From: Lama guanicoe | Taxonomy: Eukaryota | Assembly: GCA_013239625.1 (NCBI GenBank) | Contig: MU056063.1 | Span: 8,804,122-8,868,121 of the forward strand | Length of the DNA: 64,000 nt | Direction: 5' to 3' | Shown here: positions 1 to 13,709 of the stretch, piece by piece | Layout: every line of letters starts with the position of its first letter | Numbering within the stretch: the first letter of the stretch is position 1 | Notes under the pieces: model-generated | The model's database searches: none | Seen by the model: the letters and a program-made list of their open reading frames with translations, nothing else | Told to the model about the DNA's origin: nothing | Made by a program: the position numbers and the translations under genes

Positions 1-1921
1 AGGTGCTGGACAAATGGTCATTGATATGTAGACACTGAAGGAAAGGATGAGTGTTTAATTCCTCTTGTTTCAGTTTTGAAATTTAACCACCAACGGCAAG
101 CACAATATTGAAAAGTGATCGCCAAACACTGGTTTTCTGATGCGCCAGGAATTCTCCAGCTTCCCAAGAAATGTCAGAAGGTCCTTCAAACTTAAGTTTC
201 CGTTAATACAAACAAACACAGACCATACAATTTCTAGAAACAGGGGCTATCTTAGTGCTTTAAGCATAGGCTCAATATATTAAAGTATTTTTCTTTTGGG
301 AGATCACAGTTTTTCTGTTTTGGAGTAAGCTTTGAGTCCACATAGTCCGATTTTTCTGAAGCAGCAAACAAATCGATTCTTAATTCTAAATGTTCTCTGG
401 GGCAAAAATGGCAAAACGCAAAAATTCCCTCACATGTTTGAGAGGCATCTCCGGTGCTCATCCAGTTGCTTGTGGTCTGTGCCTAAGAGCAGCGGAACGA
501 GCTGGGTCCCCGCCTCGCCTAGGTGTTGCCCTCTGGTTGCACTGGCAGGAGGGTGGGGATCCGGCATCGCTGGTCAGTCCCCATGCTGTGCAGCCACGAT
601 GGCCGGGGGCACCTGGTCCCACCGGCATCCTTCTTGCCTGGAAGAGAACGACTCCCGGGGGACGGTCTCGTTTCAGGCTTGTCGCAGGTCCAAGGGAGCA
701 AACAGGCTCAGCTGAGCTTTTCAGCCAGAACAGGTTGTGCTGGGCCCCAACCCCAAGGCTCCCACTCTGGGCTCTGGGGTCATGGCCATCCCGCCTCACG
801 GGTTGCTCGGGCCAGGGTCCCTGCCCTTCTGGCCCAGGAGGTGCCACCATGTGGTACTGCTGCCCACTCCGGGGCATCCCGCTTGGATTGCTGGGCTGAA
901 ACAAAACAGCCTCTCAGGCGCTGCTGTAGCTTCAGGCTAGAACAGAGCTTCCCAAGAGCGGCTTAAACCCCAGGGCAGCCCATCTGCTGGAGGCCAGGCT
1001 GTACGCTGGCCCCTCCGAGGAGGCTCTGAGGCCCGGGGCCTCGGCTAGTCCCTGGGGCAGGGCCCCTCGCTTCTCTGTGAGGTCACGCTAAGCTCTGGCT
1101 GTGATCACTGCCCGTCCTGCGGGTCTGCTGCTCCTGTGAAGGGCTGGGGGCTGACGGGCCGGCTGTTACAGTTCCCCAGAGAGGGAAGCCCTGCTGTCTG
1201 CCATCCCAGCCGGCGGCCTCTCAGATGCACCGTGGGCTTCAGTCAGTCCTTGGCTCAGGGGTTCCCATCTTCCCGCACTGTCCCCTCAACGCCCGGCTGT
1301 CCCCCTCAGGGGCCCCTCCGTGTCATCCAGAAAGCAGCTCTCCCTGGCCTCCTTCATGTAGAAGGCTCTCCTGGCCCCAAAACCCACCGTCCTCTCTTCT
1401 TCTGACCCTTTGGATACTAGTTTATGTCTGTCTGTCATCTTCACAGCTGGAGCTCAGGGCCCCACACTTAACAGACACGAAACCTTCTTCCATCCCAATT
1501 ACATCAGCGACGAGTAGGCGCTGATGGAGGTTCATGGCCGTGCTGGCTGTGGCTCTTCTGAGACAGAGACAATCCCCTTGATCTCAGATTGACTGAGCTC
1601 CTCATTCCAGGTCAGGGGACGGGCATCGGAGCCCCTGCCCCATGGGTGTGCCCAGCACCTTCCCCTTCTCAGGCTCCAGGTCGCACCCAGGAACCTGCCT
1701 GGCAGACCCTCCCTATCGTGCCCCACGTGGCCCTGGTCCGGGCGAGTCTGGGTCACACCAGCATCACCAGGGCAGACCCCTTCCCGCAGGTCCTCTGCCT
1801 CCTTTCCTGCCTCTGCTCTTAAGTGAGCCGATCTGTTACCAAACTTCAAAAGGCAGGAGGTGCCGTCCCTCCCTCCCAGGGGCCCGGGAGCTGACGTAGG
1901 GTTCCCAGTCCCTGCCTCATG

Positions 1922-2550
1922 TCTTTTCTTAATTGAAGAACGATTTGCATAAAACAGAACACACAGGTCTTCAGAGCTCAGCTGGATGAGTTTGGATAAA
2001 CACTTGCATCACTTCCAGGAGCCCCCGCGCCCCTTGCGGGACCCCCCAGGGCCTCCATTTCTACCACCAGAGTCCAGCTTCACTTACTCTAAAATGTCAT
2101 CCACGTGGGGCACGCACGTGTTGTGTGTTTCAGCGGTTCTTTTATGGCTAGGCGGGGCTCAGTCAGACTTTGCAGCCCTGTCTGGCGTTCACCTCCGGGC
2201 TCCTTCTGGCTGTTTGTGGCTACAGACACCCTTCATCAGAACTTGTCTTGTTGGCTAAACGGGAGAACGGCTGGTGCTTAAAGCAGAGGCATGTTTATCG
2301 GAATAGGATGCGGCTGAGCCGGTTTCCAAAGCACCACGTGGTCCCCGCGGACGCAATCTCCCAAGGTCAGCGCATCCCTGGTGTGGAGCCGCGTCTCGTA
2401 GGGGATTCCGTCTGCATCCCCGTGATGGCCAAGGACACCGAGCACCTTCCTGTGCTCGTTCACATGCATGTATTTCCTCCTGTGTGAAGTGTCTGTTCGA
2501 GTCTTTGCCGTTTTTGAGAACTGGTGACTAAATTTTGTACTGAGGTGTCA
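1922..2550 (-). mobile_element. Old L1 (L1M-type) 3' region fragment, strongly GC-shifted
   Basis: Antisense L1 motifs: ttaattgaagaacgatttgcataaaacagaacacacaggtctt..., gagcaccttcctgtg..., gtgaagtgtctgttcgagtctttgcc. Confidence 0.65.
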
Positions 2551-5500
2551 CCGGCAGGTAGTGGTGTACTGGTCAGGGGTGCACAGTGACTCAATACTTG
2601 TAAGTACCAGGCAGGGACCCCTGTGTCCAGGCCTCACCCACCCCCACCCCCCGTGTCACCATCTCGTCACTGAGGTGAGGACAGGTCTCAGAGGAGCCAC
2701 GTGTCGCCAGTATGTCTTCCAGTGTGCGCCTCTCCTATGTGTCCCTTGGTGCCTCTGCAGCCTTGTCCTGGTCTCATGACAGCTCTGGGGTCCCCTGTCA
2801 CATTTGTTTACTTCTTGCTCACAGCTCACTCAGTGGCAGACCCCTGAGGTTGGGCCGAGGCCTCTGCCCTTTATTCCATCTCCTCACCCGGGGTGGAGTC
2901 CGGAGCAGCCTCCTGGTTGACTGAAGGCTCTGTGGCTGCCGGGCTGGCCAGCTCTGCACCAGGTGGCAGGTCTGGGCCTCTGCTGCTGTTAGAAGCTCTC
3001 TCTCCTTGGTTAAGCACAAGGTCTCAAGGTACTGGGTTCTCAGAACAGTTTGTTCTTTTGGCCCCTGAGCCCCGCGAAAGCCAGGGCCCCCCTCCCTGGT
3101 CTCCTCACGCCCAGTATGCAGTAGGTGCTCACTGTCCTTCCTGGACCAGAGGCTTCTCCCTCCCTCAGAGCCTCCTCCCAGTGCCCTCGTGTCCTGAGCA
3201 GCGATGGCCAAGGGCCAGTTCTCCTCACATGCCACGTGCCCACGCCTCCCAGCCCTACACGGACGCTGGCTCCTCCAGGGTCACTGGTCCCGTGGGTGTG
3301 CCTTCCTGCCCCATCTGCCCGGCTGCCCTATGCATCTCCAGCCTCCCTCCTGGCCCAACTGGGTCCCTGAGAGCTTTCATAGGAGGGTGACGTCGAGTTT
3401 ACTGCGTGCGCACAGGGCGAGGAGAGCCTGTGCTGTGCCACGGAAGGGGACGATTTTGTGCCCAGATTAAACCCGAGACACTTTGGGCTCCGCAGGCTTG
3501 GGGGTTGTGGGTGATGACCCTGAGTGTACCAGGATGGAAGGCAGGAGACTCGTCCTGCCCATGGGCCCACAGTGCCCCAGGCAGGAGGGGGTGAGGGTGG
3601 GGGCTCGGCCACAGACAGTCCACCCATGCCGGGAGGCTGACCAGCTCCAGCGCAGCCCCTTGCTGTGACAAATGACCCCATCTGTCCTTTGGTGGTTCAG
3701 CCCCCGTGGGGAGAGGGTGTGGCTTAACAGAGGCCAGGCTGTACCATGCAGCCCACGCCTGATGGCCGGGCATCCTGTCGGCAGGACTAGAACCGCTCCA
3801 GAGCCTGGGGAAGGGCAGTCTCAGCTCCAAGCCCCTGGCCGGGGAAGGAAGGAGGTACCCGGGGGTTGGGGGTGGCGGAGGAATTCTGCTGCCCCCTAGC
3901 CTGGCTGTCAGGGCTGATCCGGGTCCCCGACTCCCATGTGATGAGACCCTGGTTCCCACCTGGAGTTAAACGTGTCTTCCTGAGGCAGGCTGAGCAAACC
4001 CTCCTGACGTTTTGCAGCTACAGCTGAGATAAACGAGAGTCTGACATGCATGAACACGTGAAGCTGAAAGTGTAGGAGTCTTGGGACTGAGCGGCAGGTA
4101 ACAGCTCCTGGGGTCCAGTCTAAGGGCTGGATGTGCCTTTGGAACAAGCCCTGGGTGGCTCTGTCCTCCTACCAGATGGGACTTCCCACAGTAGAGAACA
4201 GGGATGGATGGGCAGGGGGATGGATGGACAGATGGACAGACAGACAGAGCTGCCCTACCCCTCCTCCCAGCCATGCTTGCAAGCCGGCTTCCCGCTCACC
4301 CTTGCTTGCCTCTTGTAGCCTTTTGAGAACCTTGTGAACAGACCAGACTCATTTTTCCAAATTACAAGGATCTAATGAAACCAGTCTTAGTGCCAGGAAG
4401 AGGCGGAGCTGGGCTTCGCGGATGGGGGACAAGCCGCCAATTCCAGACTATCCGTCAGAGATCTGGGCTTCCGTTTCCCCTGGGGCCACGAGGTGGTGGT
4501 TCTCCTTTGGGGCCTGGAGCCGGAATTTCTAGGGTGCCAGCTGTCTCCCTGGTTCCAGCAATGGAAGTTGGAACTCACTCAGGGCAGAGGGCAGAGACGG
4601 TGCCCTCCCGGGAGCCTGAGAGGGGGCATGTCGGGTGTGTGCGAGCCTTGAGTGCGTCTGAGTGTGAGCGGGTACTCTCACTCACACGCACACACACGAG
4701 GACCCCTACAGCGGCCTTTCTGGGACCCTAGAGATGGTCGTGAGGTCACGTGTGAGAGAAGATCTGCGTCACCACACGTGTCACTGCTGGCCTCGCTCCC
4801 ATAAGGCCACATCCTCACCTGCCAGGTGTGCGGTGTCCTCTCAGGGGTCTACACGCACGCAGCCTCAGCCCCACTGGGCCCAGCGGGAAAGAGTGGGCCT
4901 GGGGTGTGCACTGAAGCCTTTCAGCTCACTTACGTGAAACGATTTTTCGGATTACCTATTGTCATGGCTGATAAATGCAAAATAACTTTTCAAATCCCTT
5001 AATTCACAGAAACTCTGGACGTAATGAATTTTCTACTAAGGACTATTACGTGGGGGGGGGCGGTTATAATTTGGGGCACTGAAAGCAGTTAATCTACATT
5101 CTCAACATGTGGTGACCAATGTCCCCTGCAAGCCCACAGTTTAAAGTTCGAGGAACTTGGCCCGTGTTCCTCTGGTGGATTTGAACATGGTGGGTCAGAC
5201 GGGGCGCACATCCTGGGGGCCTTGAACGTGGTCCCAAGCCAGCCCTCCTCCTCTGGCCCCAGGGGCCCAGCCCACCATCTCCCAGGAGGAGGGGGCCGGC
5301 AGGGGCCTGGCTCTGGGTCCGCAATTTCCTTCCCCAGAGGATGGGGCAGAGCTCCTCACACAGACCACCTGCGAAAATGGATTCAGCTCTCCCTCCCCGC
5401 CCTGACCACACCGAGGCCTTCCCCTGGGACAGCAGAACTTCCAGCATCAGGGGTGGGGCGGGGAGTGTGTGCGGGGAGGAGATGGGTCCTGGCCCCTTAA

Positions 5501-6559
5501 ACCAGACGCATCAGAAGTGGCCTCTTGCCTGCACACAGCAGGGCCACCATCCTGACATAGGCTGAATTTCCACGTGTGTTTGCACCCAGCTCAAAACAGA
5601 AGGCTTCCACCGCAGTCACCCCAACGCCTGCCCACAACCCTGCTCAGATGGAGGTTCCAACCCACTCACAGACAGGCCACCATGGCTGGAGAAGGCAGGA
5701 CCCTGGCCCAGGACAGCCTCTGAGCCCTGGCCAGCACTGACCCCTCTTGGGTGACTGAGCTCAGGGCTCAGCAGCACTGCGTCCCAGAGACGGAAGCCTT
5801 CAGATGGGATCAGGCTGGGGTGCCGGGGGGTCCTTGAGGGGGATGCTGGCAGCCTCTGTGTGGGGCCTCAGGGCGACCACCTGTGCAGGCAGAGCTCTCC
5901 CACAACCCACCGCCCACGCTACCCTGCCAGTGTCTTCCCGCCCCATCCACCTGCCGGGCTGAGCGGCCCCCACCACTCTGCCAAGCAGAGAGAAGGCTGC
6001 CCGCCTGGGGCTGGACTGTCACACCCCTCCCTGTGCTTGTGGGGCCTGGAGGTCTTCCAGCTGCGCTTGTACCCCCCAGGGCCGGAGGAGGAGAGCGAGC
6101 CACCCACTCCCCTGGCTTCTGATCCTGCCTCCAATTACTTCCTGGCTCCCCGTCAGCGACTGCCCAGTACCTGGGTCTTCCTTTCCCTGCTTGGTGCCCA
6201 GGGCCACGAACACCAGAACATGGCCTTTGCTGTGGCCTCTCCAGTTAGGAAACGTGCCTGGGAGGGAAATGTCGCAGAGGCGCCCCCATCACAGCTGGCC
6301 CTCTGGGAACACCGGCCAGCTGCACCCCATGCACACAGACAGAGAACTCCCGGGGGCAGTAGAGGGGGGAACTTGCCCAACAGTGAGGCAAAGAATTGGC
6401 TCATGAACAAACAGCCTGAACTTTCCTCCGGCACCTGAGTACACACGGGGTACATGTACCCCCCACACACAGCAGGCTTCAGACTTCCCTTCTCAGATGA
6501 AGGCAGTGCTTTCTTATGACAAATCCCGCCTCGTTAGTGGCTTGGGTCAGGCAGGCTGG

Positions 6560-6770
6560 CTGACGGGGTAATGTAAGTAACGGAAGAGTCAGCTCCGTGC
6601 CTTTAACAAATGAATTTTCTTCTCACCAAACATTAAGCTGAGGCTTTGTTTCAAGGGTTCAGTGATAACTGTCAACGGCAATTCTTCTGGTCTTATGCTC
6701 ATTGCTGCATGGCTACAGAATGGCTGCGCCAGCTCCAGCCATCATATTCATTCAAGGTGGTTGAGTTGGT
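6560..6770. mobile_element. Old ERVL/MaLR-like LTR remnant
   Basis: Motif agaatggctgcgccagctccagccatcatattc resembles the 'aagatggctgccgcagctccagacatcacatcc' core of LTR33/MLT1-type LTRs. Confidence 0.4.
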
Positions 6771-6819
6771 TTCTAGCTGTGCCCTACTGGGCTCCTGAGA
6801 GAAAAGAAATGTGTTCTTG

Positions 6820-6985
6820 TTCTAAGTGCCAAGCACTGTGTTTACAAGGGTCATCTCATTCAGTCCTATGGAAGTTCCATAAGGTAGAATTAATGTTGCC
6901 CCCACTCTAGACACAAGAAACTGAAGCTTAGAGACACTAGGAGCTGGTAAGTGGCAGAGTGTGGACTGAGCCCAGTCCTCTCAAT
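6820..6985 (-). mobile_element. MIR SINE
   Basis: gtgccaagcactgtg...atctcattcagtcct...gaaactgaagcttagaga...ggtaagtggcagag is the reverse complement of the MIR core. Confidence 0.75.
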
Positions 6986-8924
6986 GCAGCCTTTATCTTC
7001 AACGCTAGGTAGGAGGTTAACTGTGCTTTAATGGAAACACGGAGCAAGTGTTACAGGAAAAGTGGAAGCCCTTTCTGGCTGGAGGAAGGAGTGGTGAGCT
7101 GGGAGTGAGGGTCGAGCATGATAGGCCCCGGGGAGGAGGGGCCGTGTCCCATCCCCACCTGGCTTCCTCCTCCTCCTGCAGAGGACAGTGACTTGACAGC
7201 CCTCACATCTCCAGCCATAAGGAATCCTTCCCCCTGGGGCCTCTCACCGCTGGGGGAGATGAGACCATCCACTCGGCATCGCGGCTGAGTCCGTCCTGGC
7301 TCAGCCTGGACACTGGAGCCCCTGACACAGCAGGAGGCTCACGGGCCAGAGCGCTGAGCCTAGAGAGAGACACGCTGGCTCAGTTTTCCAAACGCGGAAA
7401 GACAGAAATTATAGGAGCTGTGACCTCTCGAGTGAGTCAGTTTTCATCAAAATTCTGGAGCAGAGTTTTAAAATAAACCAATTTTCTTTTCTAAGCACAG
7501 CCTTCTGGGGTGTTAGATGTCTGTGGGGTTGATTTGATGGATGAATGTCCCCACAGAACCAGGGTTGCTCGCACGGGGGCTCTGTCTTGACCCAGTTCTG
7601 TTTAAACACTTGTAAGTCAATAATTTTAGGGAAGACATAGACAAGATGCCTTAGAAACTACAGAGCACACAAATCTGGTATGGTTTGCTTTCGAGCTGAA
7701 TATGAAGTAAAATTTCAAAAGATCTAGAAGACAGGCGCCTTGAGGCTTAAATATATAAAGTGGAATCTGACAGGATTCATGGAACGTCTGCACCTTAAAC
7801 TATAAGATGGAGCTGAGCTGTGCACAGGCCCACGAGTCCTGCCCATCATGCGGCTGTGTTCAGGGGCAGAGCCTACCGCGAACCACGGGAGCACAGGCTT
7901 CCCCAAAGTCCCGCACGGTCAGGGGGCATCCGGTTGAATGCGTTCTCCGTCCCAAGAGCTCTGGGACATCCCGTTTCCTGGCTCCTGGGCTGACCGGGCC
8001 CTTCACAAGCTCCCTCTAAGTCACCGTTTCTCGATTTAACATTCACTCGCTTGCTGCAGACCTTTGATCATTTTCCACAGCTGCAACAATATTGATCCTG
8101 AGTTTTTGCTCATTTTTTCATGTTTCTGGAGCAGGGTATGAGCCCTGGTTCCTCCCCAGCCAGCCCACATCGGCTATGTCACGACAGCCTGCATGTCAGG
8201 GACTGGCTGGGCGTGAGTGAGCTGGTGGACGGCCGGGCCCTGGGGGTACTTGGCCTGGAAAGAGGAAGTCAACCGGAGATGTGTGAGCTGTCCAAATATC
8301 GTGTTGGCCCGACCTCGCATAGTCCAGACAGAAACACAAGGAGCCCCGGGAGATTGTAGAGACCAGGATCCTGTGCAGAGGGAGGTGCCCCAGAACCAAG
8401 CCGGGAGGGTCTGGGCGGCTGCCCAGGGTTCCCACACGCAGGGCTGGGGTGAGAGCGAGGAGCTCCATCCAGAGACACAGCCTCTCTGGTCCTCCATCCC
8501 AGCTTCCATCACCAGCTGTTGTAGACCGGTCAGTCCACCCCTCTCCTCCCCCAGCTCCCACGTGGTGGCCAGAGCTGTGCTCCAGCGCTCCCGCTGCCTC
8601 CCGGCTCCGGCATGAGGGGGCTGGCTCTCTAACTCAAATCTGATCGTGTCTTTTTCCTGCTGATCAAACACATCGGTTCCTCCTGCCCATGGATGTGTTC
8701 CAGTTCTTCAGGGGAGGCCCCAGCCACCTTTTCAGACCCGGGTCCTATGTGTCCCACCCCTGCCCTACTGCCCCCATCATGCTGTGGTGGGGTCCTGGGA
8801 TAGGGGGAGCTGTGGCTGGGACTCCCAGATGCACCAGGAGGTGACTTTGGAGCTGAGTCTTAAAGGAAGGAGGGTCTGCAGGTGAGAAGGGGGATCCCTG
8901 ATCTTCCCTCTGGAACCCAATGTC

Positions 8925-9030
8925 AACCACGGGATGCTGGCCACATCTGGAGATGCTCTGGGTAGTGGTAACTGGGGGTGGGGGATACCAGCACCTGGCA
9001 GGGGAGGTAGGGTGCACAGGAGGGTGCCCT
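8925..9030 (+). mobile_element. MER20-like hAT DNA transposon remnant
   Basis: tggccacatctggagatgctctgggtagtggtaactggggg...accagcacctggcagggg resembles MER20 'tggcaatgtctggagacatttttggttgtcacaactgggg...actggcatctagtggg'. Confidence 0.5.
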
Positions 9031-9314
9031 GGGCATTACCTGCAGAGACAGGTGCTCACGCGGAGAACAGAGGCCCCTCAAGGGCAGAGTAACTTTCCCA
9101 TGTGGTCACTGTCGCTTCTCCAGTGCCCAGAACAGGATTCAACATGAGATCTCCGTGAATGCTGAACCAGCAGGCTCGGGCACATACTCAGCACTCGGTA
9201 AATAATCGGTGCCATTATTATGATTTCTTGTGGGCTTGTGTGGCTTCCGTGCCTAAGGCCTCCGCCTGTCTCCTGGGCAGGGTGTGGAGAGGGCAGGTGC
9301 TGGTCTTGGAGCCC

Positions 9315-9520
9315 AGGGGCCCCATTTGGGCCCAGCTCGGCCGCAGTTGCTGTGTGTCTCCAGGCAAGTCCCTTCACCTCTCTGAGATTCCACCTCCTCA
9401 TTCATCGGGTGGAATAAAATTTGTTTTTCTTTTTATCTGTCAAACTGATGGGCTGAGCAGATATGACCATGTGTCAAAGTGCCTGTTAGCACCGAGCACC
9501 TTTCCATTATTGTCATTACG
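9315..9520 (+). mobile_element. MIR SINE
   Basis: gctgtgtgtctccaggcaagtcccttcacctctctgagattccacctcctcatt...catgtgtcaaagtgcctg...ccattattgtcatta follows the MIR consensus order. Confidence 0.65.
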
Positions 9521-10271
9521 TGCTGCCTCCCGCAGACGGAAACGCTGACATTGCCACGGCCGGCACCGCACAGTGGAGGGTCCGCTATCAGTATCTTCCT
9601 GCTCATGAGGCCCTCCCTCCTTGGACAGGAGTCTTGAGAGAGTAAAGGGGTAGATGGCCTTTAAACCATATCACACAGGTCATGAATCGCTCACTGACAG
9701 CTTCTCATTTAAAATTCAGACAATATGCTCAAAATAGCACTAGTAAATTTCCTGTCTTGAGTCATTTTTCTCAGGCATACAGCAAGGGAAAACAACGAAA
9801 GACCAATAAAACAAAGACTGCAAACTGTAAGGTGGGGATTGTTTGTCCAGGGCCTGGACCTCCAGCTGTCACCACAACCACCTTGGGCGCAAGGAACCCA
9901 GATGTTTGATTTGGACACACGTCTCGCAGAGGGAGGGCATCTTCTTGGGAACAAAGCATCAGAGGCGGCGGCGGAGGTGCCCACACGCAGTGATCTGTAA
10001 ACCCATGCTGGGAGGGCAGCTCCCAGCTCACCCCACCCCGGAGCACAGCGCCGCTGGCCGTGGAAGACCTGCAGCATCAAAGCGGAGAGGCCCGCCCCCC
10101 CCCGGGCAACTCACTCGTGCTGAACCAGGGTCGCAGCCCCACCCTCTGCTCAGCAGGGATTAAGCCTGAAAGAGTCTTGGAAATGCGATGAGCATAAATA
10201 CCATCTGCCTGGCAACACCGCTCACATCTTTTCTTCTCCTTCTGGGAGTCACGTTCTCTCCTTGAATCTCA

Positions 10272-10450
10272 GTTCATTACTCATCCAACAATTATTTATT
10301 GGATTCTTGCTGCTGCTGGGCAGTGTTCTAAGTCTTGAGAATCTCCTGGAAAATGAGCGACAACTGCCTGTCCTCACAAAGCTTATAACATAGAGACAAG
10401 GAATGGACAGACCAGATAATCAGCAGTGTAATTCAGGAATGCCATGGTGC
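10272..10450 (-). mobile_element. L2 3' end remnant
   Basis: ttcattactcatccaacaattatttattgga...ggcagtgttctaag...cctgtcctcacaaagcttata is the typical antisense L2 tail. Confidence 0.6.
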
Positions 10451-11941
10451 TAACACTGTGAAATGTCGACACTCTCCAAGGCAATCAACACATTCAATGC
10501 CGTCCCGATCAAGATTCCAATGGCGTATTTCACAGAAATAGAACAAACAATCCTAAAATGTGTATAGAACCACAAAAGAACTCAAATAGCCAAAGCAAAG
10601 AAAGAACAAAGCTGGAGGCATCATGTGCCCTGATTACAAACCATCAGAGCAGCTTGGTTCTGGCCCAAAACAGACACAGCGATGGAACAGAATCAAGAGC
10701 TCAGAAATAACCACACAGAAAAATTAACTCAAAAAGGACTGAAGACTTGAATGTAAGATGTGAAACCACAAAGCTCCAAGGAAAAATAGGCAGCAAGCTC
10801 TTTGACATCACTCTTGGTGATGATTTTTTGGACTTGACATCAAAAGAACAAGCAACAAAAAAAAAATAAATGAGTGGGATGACATCAAACTAAAAACTTC
10901 TGCACAGCAAAGGAAACCACCAACAAAATGAAAAGGCAACTTACCTAATTGGAGAAAAAATGCATATAAATGGGCAGAGGATCTGAATAGGCATTTTTCC
11001 AAAGAAGGCATCCAGCTGGCCAACAGGCACATGAAAAGACGTTCCACATCACAGGGCCTGATCTCAGGGAAATGCAAATCACAGCCCCAGTGAGGCACCA
11101 CCTCACGCTTGTCAGAAGGGCTGTCATCAAACAGACAAGAAATAACAAGTGCTGGTGAGGACGTGGAGAGAAGGGAGCCCCAGTGCCCTGCTGGTGGGAA
11201 TGTAGACTGGTGCAGCCACTGTGGGAAACAGAATGGAGGTTCCTCGACAATTAAAAATAGAGCTACCACAGGATCCAGCAATCCCACTTCTGGGTATTTA
11301 TCTGAAGAAAATGAGAACACTNNNNNNNNNNNNNNNNNNNNNNNNNNNNNNNNNNNNNNNNNNNNNNNNNNNNNNNNNNNNNNNNNNNNNNNNNNNNNNN
11401 NNNNNNNNNNNNNNNNNNNNNNNNNNNNNNNNNNNNNNNNNNNNNNNNNNNNNNNNNNNNNNNNNNNNNNNNNNNNNNNNNNNNNNNNNNNNNNNNNNNN
11501 NNNNNNNNNNNNNNNNNNNNACGCTAAGTGAAATTAAGTCAGACAAAGAAAAATACTATATAATCTCACTTATATGTGGCATCGTTAAAAGTCTAAAAAA
11601 ATGAGCTCATAGATACAGAGAACAGATTGGTGGTTGCCAGAGGCAGGGAGTAAGGGGTGGGAGAAATGGGTGAAGATGGTCAAAATGTACAAACTTAAAG
11701 TTATAACATATAAGTCACAGGGATGTGAGGCACAGCGTGGTGATCATAGTTAATAATGCTGTATTACATATTTAAATGCTGCTGAGAGTAGATCTTAAAA
11801 GTTCTCATCACAAGAACCAAACTTGTAACTCTGTGTGGTCACAGATGTTGACTAGACTTACTGTGATCATTTCAAATGTATACAAATATCACTATTTTGT
11901 ACACCTGAAACTAATGTAATACGTCAGTTACATCTCAAAAA
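10451..11941 (+). mobile_element. 5'-truncated L1 (L1MA9-like): degenerate ORF2 C-terminus plus 3' UTR, with a 199-N gap
   Basis: ORF2 motifs (attccaatggcgtatttcacagaaatagaacaaacaatcctaaaat; LKIELPQDPAIPLLGIY; TLSEIKSDKEKYYIISLICGI) and 3' end tgtacacctgaaactaatgtaatacgtcagttacatctcaaaaa. Confidence 0.9.
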
Positions 11942-12335
11942 CCGAGAGAAGCTGAAGCCTGTTAATGCACCAAGAAGAGGCAGTCGAGCAGGAGAGATGG
12001 ACGGGGCCGCCCTGAGGACGCCTGGCTCTTCCGAGTGCATCACGTGTCTCCTTACGCAGTGCTGGACCCCGGCAGGTGCCTGTGTGTGTTTGTGTGTGTT
12101 ACAGGGTGTCGTTTTCTGGAAAGAGCGACCAGCCTTTCAAGGACTACCTTGGAGCACGCTCCATTCTTTCTTTCCCTTAGTACCTATGAAGGGAACATCA
12201 AAAAAGCCTTTACAAAGGGTGATGTATTTTTCATGTTAACCCCGAGAAACCTCCAACCTTAAGAAGCCCATAAAGTTATGTGTGCATGGAATCTTGTTCC
12301 TACATCCAGGAAAATCATTAAAACAGTAGGAGGGT

Positions 12336-12550
12336 TATATTAATCAGGACTCTCAGTTGTGAGCAACAGAAGCTCACTCTGGTTGATTTAAAGAGAAATC
12401 TACAAGGATATCAAGTTGTTCACAAAATCTCCAGGAGGGCTGGAGAATCATCCTGGATGCTGCCCTGCCACAGACGATACTCAAAGCCTGTGAACCCTGC
12501 AGCTGATGCCATCCGACATGGCTACTGAAATGCGGGCAGTCCTACCAGAG
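12336..12550. mobile_element. Old MaLR (MLT1-type) LTR remnant
   Basis: tatattaatcaggactctcagttgtgagcaacagaagctcactctggttgatttaaagagaa resembles an MLT1 terminus. Confidence 0.5.
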
Positions 12551-12559
12551 ATGACTAGT

Positions 12560-12752
12560 GAGTCCAAAACACACACTGGATTTCCAAGCTGAACATGAAA
12601 AAGAATGTAAAATATCTACTAGTACTCAAAAATATTGATTGCAGGTTGCAATGATAATACTTGGATATACCGTATTAAATAAAATGTTAGAAATTAATTT
12701 CGCCTGCTTTTTAGTTTTTTGGATGTAATTACTAGAGAAATTTAAGTTACAT
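12560..12752. mobile_element. MER33/MER3-like hAT-Charlie MITE remnant
   Basis: aaaaagaatgtaaaatatct...atattgattgcaggttgcaatgataatacttggatata...ttaaataaaat...aattaatttcgcctg...actagagaaatttaagttaca. Confidence 0.7.
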
Positions 12753-13629
12753 CATTCTCTCTGTTTTCTACTGATGGAAGCAAGGCCACTTCCCATATTC
12801 GGGGGAGGACAGGGTTGTCCCAGAAGAAGATGTCAGAGGCCGTGTTTAGAGCATCTGAGTGCCTCCTGCAGCAGCACCTGCCCCAACTGCTTCACAGCGA
12901 CTATGGGCAAACTCAGCACTGGCACCAACACCGGGTAGGGAGGGACCACTGGGTCAAGGCTCTATCGCATCTAGAGGCTTTGTTACAACATCTCAAAGGG
13001 CCTGGGAGCTGCCCACCTGCTCTGGTCCTGGGAACCAGCCTCAGACCAGCTCTATCACCACACCTTCCGCTATTTTCAGGGTCTGGCGGCTGCCTTGACC
13101 CCCTCGCTCTGGCAGATGAGTTCCCCAGCTTTGCACCTGTAATTGCAACCTCCCGTCCCACCCTGACCCCGGGGCCTGCCCCCTGCAGAGAGGACCCCCT
13201 CAGTTCCCGGTGTGGTGTCCATACAGCGTCCTGGGGGTTTATGACTGAGGACACGAGCAGTTCTCATGGATAAATCGCTCCAGCTTTTCAGTCCTTCCCA
13301 TCTTCCTTCCTCACGTGCTCACGTGAGCTTCTGGCACCTCCTCTTCACTGGGGACGCCCCACCATCTCCAGGTTCAGTCAGCAAGTGAAACAAAGTGCTA
13401 AAAGTGCCTCACCCAGAGGCCCCTAGTCGAAGATAAAATTCTCCTACCCTTGTCGGGGCATCCCAGGACCCACTCCATGTGCCCCCAGGAGGCAGGAGCG
13501 GTTTCTAAGGCTCCGGCTGTTAGGGACCCTTCCAGACTGCAGAGCTCTCCTCAGGAGCAGCGCTGAGCCAAGCTAATGACTTCAAGCCTCAGTCAGCTGC
13601 CAGGCTTTGTGGTGAAATTTACTTCTTAA

Positions 13630-13709
13630 AGATTTTTATTTTTATTTTTAAATTGTGGTAAAATAAACACAATTTAAAATTTACCATTTTAACCATTTTT
13701 AACAGTGCA
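13630..13709 (-). mobile_element. Short L1MB-type 3' tail
   Basis: T-rich run then ttgtggtaaaataaacacaatttaaaatttaccattttaaccatttttaa. Confidence 0.65.
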
